Below are positions 56,390-64,000 of a stretch of DNA of 64,000 bases, one piece after another. The stretch lies in the sequence record PP430345, one strand, 5' to 3'. The position numbers and the translations under genes are program-made. Below the pieces are notes generated by a model. That model did not search any database. It saw only the letters and a program-made list of their open reading frames with translations, and had not been told where the DNA came from. Position 1 is the stretch's first letter. Every line of letters starts with the position of its first letter. Source of the stretch: Escherichia phage vB_EcoM-LTH01.

Positions 56390-57523
56390 ATGTTAGAGAT
56401 GTTAAATTTATCTGGCGCGGCAGGGAAGGTCCCATTTAAGTTGAAAAAGTTTGATATTACAGCAAGCGAAAGTATTCACTTGCTTAGTGAAGCTGGCAAT
56501 CTGTACTCAATATCACCTACAAATGTAAACTTATCGGGAACGGGTGTTACCACAACGCAGTGGACGTTAGTCTCTTCGGGTGTAGATGACTTCTGGGCTG
56601 GGCAAGCTTCGCTCTTGTTCAAAACAAAAGGGGGATCGTGGTTTATTACAGGGTATAACTTCTTCGTACCTAGAGTAGAGAATACGCCCGTTGACGTAAC
56701 GGCTAAGGTAATGGCAATCAATAAGCCGATAAGAAAAATAGAAATGGGTGCTAATGCGATCGCTTTCCTTTATACAGATAATACTCTGGCAGTTGCGGGA
56801 TCAGGCCCCCATTTAGGCTTAGGTTCCAATACTTCAGTCCCGAATTTAACTTATGTTGAACCACCAAATACTTCGTTGGGTATCAAAGATGTTGCGATAT
56901 TGGATACTTCAGTTACTACCTGGATTATAAGCGGGGGTGATGTATACGGATGTGGAAACGGGGCTTACTCTAAGTTTTCTTCTTCCAACGGGACAGGCCA
57001 AAGGACCTCTTTTGTTAGGATACCAAACCCAATAAACTCAGCACCACTTGCATTAAAGACTGGATATGAGTGCGTGTATATTTCAGGCTCACGCACAGAC
57101 GGGGATGAATTGATACTCGGCTTAGGTAGCAACGCATATGGGTCATTAGGTGCAGCATCTACTGTTGCAACTGTAACTGACATATCTGTAGTCACAAGCA
57201 GTGTTTATTCACCCGCTTACGGGTTTTACCCTCTCGCCCAAGGTCTTGTGAGGAGAATAAATAACAATATCGGTATTACGGGGAGGACTGCGGGGACAGG
57301 CTGGGGATTGGGAACTCAGACGTATTACGGTATTACTAGAATAACCACTACAGCAAGTCCGTTATGGGGTCAAATATTTCAAAGGGGTGAGTATACAAAC
57401 ACTTACGTTCTGGCAGAAGATGGTATTTTGTATGGGTCGGGTGGGGCTTCAACAGGTAAATTACCTGGTTACACAACAGATCAGTCAACCTATGTGCCAC
57501 TGGACCTTACCGGACTTGAATAA
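56390..57523 (+). CDS. RCC1-like beta-propeller repeat protein (paralogue 2)
   Basis: Start at ATG 56390 (MLEMLNLS) after AAGGAG; same repeat type. Confidence 0.55.
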   Translation: MLEMLNLSGAAGKVPFKLKKFDITASESIHLLSEAGNLYSISPTNVNLSGTGVTTTQWTLVSSGVDDFWAGQASLLFKTKGGSWFITGYNFFVPRVENTPVDVTAKVMAINKPIRKIEMGANAIAFLYTDNTLAVAGSGPHLGLGSNTSVPNLTYVEPPNTSLGIKDVAILDTSVTTWIISGGDVYGCGNGAYSKFSSSNGTGQRTSFVRIPNPINSAPLALKTGYECVYISGSRTDGDELILGLGSNAYGSLGAASTVATVTDISVVTSSVYSPAYGFYPLAQGLVRRINNNIGITGRTAGTGWGLGTQTYYGITRITTTASPLWGQIFQRGEYTNTYVLAEDGILYGSGGASTGKLPGYTTDQSTYVPLDLTGLE

Positions 57524-57532
57524 GGAAAAATT

Positions 57533-58672
57533 ATGTTAGAGATGATGAACTTAGGTTCTGTCGAATTGCCAGAAGTGGAAGGTAACGTTAAGAAATTCGC
57601 CGCCGGAGGTACGGGGATTGTTGTACTTATGAAATCCGGCAACGCCTACGGTATCGGAGATCAATACTTCAGCGGTACAGGGGGGAATGTTACAACATGG
57701 AGGCTTCTGGCAAGAAACGTTGCAGATATATGGGCTGCAACTGGCTCTGTGCTTATGAGGACAACCGCAGATAGATGGTTGTTTATGGGGTTTAACCAAT
57801 ATTTTAATACTGGTTTTGGAACTACGATAACCACCCCCAGAGATATAACTACAGATATGCCTATACCCGAAGGATTTGAGATCAAGCAGTTGGTACTCGG
57901 GTATCGTAACTTGGCTGTTGTCTTTACCAATGGGCGGTATGCAATGTGCGGGACTAATAACGCAGGAGGTCTGGGGACAGGGGACACTTTTGCAGTAAGA
58001 ACCTTAACCTTAAGAACTGACTTCACAAACGTTGAAAAAATAGATCTTGATTGGGCAACCTACGACACATCTTATCTTCTTACCCAAGCTGGTGAAGTTT
58101 ATGTATCAGGTGTTTCAAATAATGGACAAAACGGGACAACTTCAAACACTACAACTTGGTTTAGGCAAAGCCCAATTAGTGGTGGTACGGTAGTTGACAT
58201 AATCGCGACAACGCTTGGGTTTTTTAGGGTTGTACTTTTAAATGGTAATTACTACGTCTACGCACAAGGGCGAAGTTCGTCAGGGAGTCTTGGGGTAAAT
58301 AACTCAGGTAACATAAACGTTCTTTCACCCTCATTGGTATTTTCTAATGTACCTTCAAGACCTCCTTTGTACATTGGTCACCTTAGCGCCCGTATTCTCC
58401 ACCCCGAAGAAAGGGTATACTATACAGGGGCGGCTACGGGTAGTTTACAAGGAGCAGGTGCACAATTTCAGTCGTCGTATTCAGTATTTACACGGCTTGC
58501 AGAGACTGTACCGTATGGTGGAGAATATTCATCCCTAAAAGGTGGCTATGTTGCACACTACTATGTAGATAAAGGAAACCTATATGGTGTCGGTAATAGC
58601 AGTGCAGGATTGCTCCCAGGTTACATAGGTACACAACTCTTCGAATTTACACCGTTGGAATTGCCGGAGTAA
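57533..58672 (+). CDS. RCC1-like beta-propeller repeat protein (paralogue 3)
   Basis: MLEMMNLG; near-collinear with paralogue 4 (FMGFNQYFNTGFGTT, TLTLRTDFTNVEKIDLDW). Confidence 0.55.
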   Translation: MLEMMNLGSVELPEVEGNVKKFAAGGTGIVVLMKSGNAYGIGDQYFSGTGGNVTTWRLLARNVADIWAATGSVLMRTTADRWLFMGFNQYFNTGFGTTITTPRDITTDMPIPEGFEIKQLVLGYRNLAVVFTNGRYAMCGTNNAGGLGTGDTFAVRTLTLRTDFTNVEKIDLDWATYDTSYLLTQAGEVYVSGVSNNGQNGTTSNTTTWFRQSPISGGTVVDIIATTLGFFRVVLLNGNYYVYAQGRSSSGSLGVNNSGNINVLSPSLVFSNVPSRPPLYIGHLSARILHPEERVYYTGAATGSLQGAGAQFQSSYSVFTRLAETVPYGGEYSSLKGGYVAHYYVDKGNLYGVGNSSAGLLPGYIGTQLFEFTPLELPE

Positions 58673-58694
58673 AAAACTTCAAAAGGGGAATTAA

Positions 58695-59846
58695 ATGTTA
58701 GAAATGATGAACTTAGGCACTGTTAAACTTCCTGCGGGAGGAGGCAGGGTCAAGAAGTTTGCAGCGGGGCAACAAGGCATCGTTGTACTTATGGAGTCTG
58801 GGAAACTCTATGGTCGCGGAAGTCAGTATTTTAGTGGTACAGGGTCTACTGTAAACACTTGGAAACTGCTAGGAACAGATATCGCAGACGTATGGACGGG
58901 TCCCGTATCAACTCTTGCAAGGACAACAGACGACAGATGGTTGTTTATGGGATTGAACCAATATTTTAACACTGGTTTTGGGACAACATGGTCCGCGCTG
59001 ACGGATGTTACAGTGGATATGCCTATCCCTGTTGGCCTTACGGTTAAGCAGGTAGTGATGGGATACATAAACGTTGCAGTAGTCTTTGCAAATGGACAAT
59101 ATGCCATGTGTGGGACAAATGTCTCCGGTGGATTGGGTGTTGGTAACACATCACCTGTGAGAACCTTAACATTAAGGACCGATTTTACGAACGTGGAGAA
59201 GATAGACCTCGATTGGGGGACATATGATACCTCCTATCTTCTTACCCAAGCTGGTGATGTTTATGTGGCCGGACAATCTTCTTATGGTCAAAACGGAACA
59301 CAGTCTAGCTCCACAACTTGGTTCAGGCAAAGTTCAGTTAGCGGCGGGACAGTGGTAGATATAGTTGCAACAACCTTAGGGTTCTTCAGGATCGTTCTTT
59401 CATCAGGGAGTTACCGAATATATGCGCAAGGGAGGGACATAAACAATAGTCTTGGAACTAACACCACAAGCAACACACCTCGACTGGCCCCTGTATTAGT
59501 TCTTTCGGGAATAGCAAGTGCAGTAAGACCAAGGGTATATATCAGTCACTATGCTGCCCGAGTTATAGATAGCGATGGAGTAGTATACTTTACAGGACAA
59601 GGGACGGGAGATCTACAGGGTGTTGGGACCACACCTCAACCAACGTATCGTGTTTTTTCACAGCTTGACCCAATAGTTCCGTCCGTAGGTGATTATTTTT
59701 CCACAAGATCTCAGTACCTGACTAACTATTATTTGGAAGATGGTGTTCTGTATGGTGTTGGTCAGGGTGCTCAAGCAACACAGTTACTACCTGGTTATGG
59801 AACGACACAGGTTCTGACTTTCTCTGTTCTGGAATTACCGGAATAA
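58695..59846 (+). CDS. RCC1-like beta-propeller repeat protein (paralogue 4)
   Basis: MLEMMNLG; closest to paralogue 3. Confidence 0.55.
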   Translation: MLEMMNLGTVKLPAGGGRVKKFAAGQQGIVVLMESGKLYGRGSQYFSGTGSTVNTWKLLGTDIADVWTGPVSTLARTTDDRWLFMGLNQYFNTGFGTTWSALTDVTVDMPIPVGLTVKQVVMGYINVAVVFANGQYAMCGTNVSGGLGVGNTSPVRTLTLRTDFTNVEKIDLDWGTYDTSYLLTQAGDVYVAGQSSYGQNGTQSSSTTWFRQSSVSGGTVVDIVATTLGFFRIVLSSGSYRIYAQGRDINNSLGTNTTSNTPRLAPVLVLSGIASAVRPRVYISHYAARVIDSDGVVYFTGQGTGDLQGVGTTPQPTYRVFSQLDPIVPSVGDYFSTRSQYLTNYYLEDGVLYGVGQGAQATQLLPGYGTTQVLTFSVLELPE

Positions 59847-59862
59847 CAAATTAATAAACACA

Positions 59863-59886
59863 AACCGCCTTTGGGCGGTTTTTTAT
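59863..59886 (+). terminator. rho-independent terminator
   Basis: ACCGCCTTTGGGCGGT hairpin then T6 after the RCC1-like array. Confidence 0.7.
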
Positions 59887-60056
59887 TACCTATCGCTTCA
59901 CAGAACGCATCGTAACGACCTAAACTGACTAACCTACCCGAATGTATACCCTACTTAAATAACCTCGTGAGAAGCCTTCTAAGAGGCTTTAAAAAGTTCT
60001 TGCATTCTCCCATTTTGTCCTGTACATTAAGTTCATCAACTAAACAGGAGGCTAAC

Positions 60057-60221
60057 ATGACACCACAAGAAAAATACTTTGACCTAATGGCAATGATCGA
60101 GGCATACGCAAACGCTGTTTCTGACTTCGAGGATAAACCTTGGGACAGGGATAAAGTACGGAAAGTGGCGACAATGCACACAGAATTACAAGAAAAGGTT
60201 GCAGAGTACACCGGAAACTAA
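60057..60221 (+). CDS. hypothetical small protein
   Basis: Start at ATG 60057 after ACAGGAGG. Confidence 0.4.
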   Translation: MTPQEKYFDLMAMIEAYANAVSDFEDKPWDRDKVRKVATMHTELQEKVAEYTGN

Positions 60222-60256
60222 TATACTGGGCATATCAAATCAAAGAGGAGAACAAA

Positions 60257-60724
60257 ATGTACAGCTTAACAGTCTATCGTCGTGAATTTCCTGAACATAC
60301 ATCCAGCTATTTCTTTGCTTTCTGCACCCCTGATCGTAAAGAACTGATCCAGAAGCTTGCAGATGAGATGTTCAAAGAAGCCTTAGCTCAGGATTATGAC
60401 ATTTCTAAAGGGGTTAGCTACTATACTAACTGGAATGATTTTATCGTCGGCATTGATGGCTATATGGGTGCTTGCTGGTCAAGTGGCAAGACTGCAACGC
60501 CGGAATGTTTAGAACTCGACGACAAAATCGATGCTATTCTGGCAGAGGCATATGATATCTCTGAGCAAATGCTGAAAGATAAGTATGGCGAACTTCTTAA
60601 AGAGGTGCAAGAAGAGCGCAATCAAGAAGCAAAAGCAAAACTTCTGGCATTGATCGAAGAATATGAAATTCCTTTCGACCAAGCCGTTGAAAACATTCAG
60701 AAATTAATCATTAGCAAAAAGTGA
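60257..60724 (+). CDS. hypothetical protein
   Basis: 155-aa ORF with AGAGGAG RBS. Confidence 0.45.
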   Translation: MYSLTVYRREFPEHTSSYFFAFCTPDRKELIQKLADEMFKEALAQDYDISKGVSYYTNWNDFIVGIDGYMGACWSSGKTATPECLELDDKIDAILAEAYDISEQMLKDKYGELLKEVQEERNQEAKAKLLALIEEYEIPFDQAVENIQKLIISKK

Positions 60725-60734
60725 GGAGGTTATA

Positions 60735-61019
60735 ATGGAAAAGAAACGTCGTGCGGGTATGTTAGATAATCAATTTTTCTGTCCATTTAAGTTCCATGCG
60801 GAGTATAATCGAGGAGAATTTGAGATGAACGCTACTAATCTGGCAAGCATTCAAGAGGTGATCTACGGTGATGGTCACGTAGAGTACATCTTTTGGGATG
60901 AGTCAGACCTCGCTATGCCAGCAGGGTTTACTCTGGAAGATGCAAAGACCTCATTCCGTACTTATTGCACAGATTACCTCGGTGATCCTAAGCCAGTGGA
61001 CTTCTATGACTGGAAATAA
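60735..61019 (+). CDS. hypothetical protein
   Basis: 94-aa ORF with GAGGAGG RBS. Confidence 0.45.
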   Translation: MEKKRRAGMLDNQFFCPFKFHAEYNRGEFEMNATNLASIQEVIYGDGHVEYIFWDESDLAMPAGFTLEDAKTSFRTYCTDYLGDPKPVDFYDWK

Positions 61020-61338
61020 AGACAACCCGAACGCCCTTTGGGAGAATTGTGACTACCTTTTATGGCCTAACTGGTATCATTACTTGACTTATGGCATTAT
61101 CTTAGTGTTAATCGCATCCGTCGCCGTACTGTCGGCTATGGAGCAACTACGATGACTGCTGGGGTAGTGATCGCGCTACCACTACTGATACTGGCGTTCT
61201 CCATGATTATGGTGGACATTATGGAGAAAGGACGATGAATCACACTGACACAAAGAAGGGTCAGTGGGGCACTTGGTGAACACTTAACATCAGGGTTTAA
61301 ATCATAATTACCCTATCGACAATAAAGAGGAAATTACT

Positions 61339-61548
61339 ATGAAAACTGTACGCATTGAAGACGTTGATTTCGACGAAACCGAGGTTAGCATCAAGAAGTC
61401 TGGGATCGGCAACCTCGTCTCTGTAGACTTCAATCCCGATGAATATGAAGAAGGAAATACATTAATGTATTATACACCAGAGGCAGCACGTAAGCTTGCG
61501 GCAGCACTTATCACCGCAGCAGACGAAGCAGAGCAGGGTGAGAAGTGA
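61339..61548 (+). CDS. hypothetical protein
   Basis: 69-aa ORF with AGAGGA RBS. Confidence 0.4.
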   Translation: MKTVRIEDVDFDETEVSIKKSGIGNLVSVDFNPDEYEEGNTLMYYTPEAARKLAAALITAADEAEQGEK

Positions 61549-61673
61549 GATATGAACATTTACGAAATGGTAACAGTTGAGCACGTCCTGTTTGACCTTA
61601 ATAACGGATACATTAACGTTTGTTGCGGTGATACATTAACTTCAATTGTTAAATTGGAAATTGAAGATTAGAT

Positions 61674-61868
61674 ATGGTATACCGTACATTTGAAGAATGG
61701 AAAAAGAAAGGTCGTGTCGTCGTAAAAGGAGAGGAAGCTGCGGGATTCCTTAAGGACGGCACGGCATTGTTCTCTAAAGAGCAGACAAAGAAAACACCAA
61801 CTAAATTATACACTCACAACCAAGGGTACGACTCATGGTACATGGGTGATGAGTATGAATACTATTGA
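61674..61868 (+). CDS. hypothetical protein
   Basis: 64-aa ORF. Confidence 0.4.
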   Translation: MVYRTFEEWKKKGRVVVKGEEAAGFLKDGTALFSKEQTKKTPTKLYTHNQGYDSWYMGDEYEYY

Positions 61869-61879
61869 TAAGAGGTAAT

Positions 61880-62116
61880 ATGGCACACTATAACTTTCAA
61901 GAAATTAAAAGAGGTGCATACTTCGGTCATGTGGACGGCCCTAATGACGAAGTGTTCAGGAAATCGGGGACGTTTACGTTCTACGATGTTAAGAGCAAAG
62001 ACTGTCTGGACATTCGAGAGACGACTTGGAGACATAACTTCAGTAGTGATGAACGTCCTTTCGTGTTGGCACAGGTAGAAATTAAGGTCGATATCACTTG
62101 GAGGCCGGAATGGTAA
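61880..62116 (+). CDS. hypothetical protein
   Basis: Start at ATG 61880. Confidence 0.4.
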   Translation: MAHYNFQEIKRGAYFGHVDGPNDEVFRKSGTFTFYDVKSKDCLDIRETTWRHNFSSDERPFVLAQVEIKVDITWRPEW

Positions 62117-62496
62117 ATAAAATCGCACATCGTTGGAATGGTACACGTAAATCTTTGGCAGAAGAGGCCGAAAGGCGTAAAGAACAAGAGGAGAAGATTG
62201 TTTCTGGCTCTGTACGTAGGATCTATATAGAACCGAAAGATAAGAAGGTAATTTATGACGGAACAGAGGCGCAATTTGTCTACGAAATAGCTAAGAAGGA
62301 TGCAGATGCCCTTGGGTTTACTCAGAGCTACCTTGAGTATGCCTACGATAATGGAATTGAATCTATCATCCTTCAAGAAGATAAAGATAAATCTCAATAC
62401 AAGTCAGTAAAAGCACAGAGCTACAGAATTGTTAAGCTTGTCAATCTATTTGACATTGACAATCCAACGTATGCCCTCAGACGACTGGCTGTATGA
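62110..62496 (+). CDS. hypothetical protein
   Basis: Start at ATG 62110 after GGAGG; last plus-strand gene before the non-coding repeat region. Confidence 0.4.
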   Translation: MVNKIAHRWNGTRKSLAEEAERRKEQEEKIVSGSVRRIYIEPKDKKVIYDGTEAQFVYEIAKKDADALGFTQSYLEYAYDNGIESIILQEDKDKSQYKSVKAQSYRIVKLVNLFDIDNPTYALRRLAV

Positions 62497-62568
62497 TCCT
62501 GAACTACAGAGAGCACCCCAAAAGTGGGTGCTTTTTGCATCTGGATTGCAACCAAACTCATCTGCTCA

Positions 62569-62650
62569 TCCCAAAATGTTGTACACCTCTCCAAAATGTT
62601 GTGCCCACCAAACTATATAGTCCTTCCAAACTGTTGTACTCCAGCTACAA
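62569..62650. repeat. three copies of CCAAA(A/C)TGTTGT(A/G)C-type direct repeat
   Basis: Copies near 62570, 62591, 62636. Confidence 0.6.
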
Positions 62651-63162
62651 TAATGCCCAAATATCGTACAACGATTCCCACAAATATCGATTCATCCCAA
62701 AATTAGGTAGTTTGCCTAAAGAGTAACCACTACTTGGCCTACTGAGGCGCATCTTTTGCCACAGAGTTACCTCCCTTCCCTATACATCCATCCCTCATAG
62801 TTTAGAATTTCCAGTATATGTCTACTCTGAGTGGACCTCCATCATGAATTTTAAACGACAACTTTTTAGTTTTTATACCCTCCCGCCAAAATTTTGAGTC
62901 ACCTCTTATGGGGTATGCCGCCTGTGAATATCCCACAAAATATCTCACAGGTCATAAAATATACCTCCCCGCCAAATTTTATGATGGATACTCCACGGGG
63001 GTGGGTCCATTATTTATCCTGCCCAAATATATCTAAAGGGGGTAGCCTAAAGAGGCTCGCCAGTAGTGTCCCTTGACCTTGTTCCTCGTCAGCAAGAAAG
63101 AAGAGGATGTTTGCATCTTTTTTGTTGAGTGCGTTGGCACTGTTGCCAGGCACGGCGACCGT

Positions 63163-63183
63163 GGGGGAGGGGGAGGGGGTCGG
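63163..63183. repeat. polypurine tract GGGGGAGGGGGAGGGGG
   Basis: Read directly; a second purine-rich run GGGAGAGAAGAGAGAAGAGAG lies near 63593-63613. Confidence 0.6.
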
Positions 63184-63675
63184 ATGTTTTCAAAATATCC
63201 AGGAAGTCAAGCATTATTTCTATTTATTTTCAATCCACAATACATCTTTGATTCGACTTGTCAAGAAAAATGTTGTGCTCTTCCAACAATAAAGTTAAAG
63301 ATTTCTATTGACTTCTGAATCTGATTTAGAATACTGATTTCAATCTGCATTTAACATAATACAACTTATACGCACTACAAGCGACTTGCAAGCGCCCTTC
63401 TTCCAGTCCAACAAGTGAGGCGACCTCAAGCCCCGCCAGGTCTGGCCCCTTCCAACTTGTGAGAAGAATAATCCCAACTTGTTACTATCCAACTGTGAAT
63501 TATTCCAACTGTACAGAAGCGACTCCATCAGGGCCATCAATAGCCTGAGCGCCCCGCCATACTCTGGCAATAAAAGCAAGAAAAAATTTATTTTGGGAGA
63601 GAAGAGAGAAGAGAGTTTTACCTAGCAATATTCTATTGTCTGTTCATTCTGTGGGCAAGTAACAGCCTTTTACGG

Positions 63676-63726
63676 CCTCTTTGTGTACTGTGCATCCTCT
63701 TTGTGTACCCTACAGCCTCTTTGTGT
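63676..63726. repeat. 3 x CCTCTTTGTGT direct repeats at 20-bp periodicity (iteron-like)
   Basis: Copies at 63676, 63696, 63716. Confidence 0.8.
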
Positions 63727-64000
63727 GGTCACACTAACGGCCTTCCTATTGACTAGCTATTCACTTTATATGAATAACAAAGCATTAAATAATTCAATAT
63801 TATCTTCGATAATGTATTGACAAAAGATAAAAGATTACTACAAGTAGACACTATAAAACGAGGAAACGAAGAGAACAGATAGCAACAATCTGTTTCGTTG
63901 ATATCGGTTATCACCGATGACCGCATAGCGGTAGGAGGGGTATACTCGTTTTATAGTGTCGCTCCCTACGGTCGCGCCACCTCCATACTCTGGCAATGGT

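Noticed and set aside
63676-63726. Possible CRISPR array from the CCTCTTTGTGT repeats
   Set aside because: Only three 11-bp copies with 9-bp spacers at 20-bp period, far from CRISPR repeat/spacer dimensions, and no cas genes; more consistent with iterons.
1-64000. Lysogeny or mobile-element module (integrase, repressor/Cro, transposase, att sites)
   Set aside because: No integrase or transposase motifs seen in any frame; gene content (RNR sets, tRNAs, ligase, dense small early genes) fits a virulent phage.

Overview
This window reads as a segment of a virulent tailed-phage genome with Enterobacteria-like expression signals (AGGAG ribosome-binding sites, sigma70-type TTGACA/TATAAT promoters, GC-hairpin plus T-tract terminators). 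The left ~8.4 kb is a minus-strand late module: terminase large subunit, portal, a lambda-like head set (candidate protease, scaffold, decoration protein, major capsid) and a partial collagen-like tail fibre, followed by a spanin pair. A minus-strand tRNA cluster (9.2-10.8 kb) holds five canonical tRNAs (Gln, Gly, Pro, Tyr, Met) plus three non-canonical tRNA-like elements. A divergent AT-rich control region (12.74-13.12 kb) carries six GATC sites and direct repeats. The long plus-strand block (13.1-62.5 kb) encodes nucleotide metabolism (NrdAB, NrdDG, glutaredoxin, ThyX-like, dNMP kinase), DNA ligase, nucleases (RuvC-, EndoVII-, FEN-, DnaQ-like), a NADAR protein, PhoH, a T5-type endolysin, a ClpP-like protease and a small methyltransferase. 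The most unusual content is a translation-maintenance island (CCA-adding enzyme, PTH2-like hydrolase, RMF-like peptide, Pol-beta nucleotidyltransferase), a tandem family of at least seven small paralogues sharing one motif, and four tandem RCC1-like paralogues. The right end (62.5-64.0 kb) is non-coding and repeat-dense. All calls come from reading the sequence and ORF translations; no searches were run.
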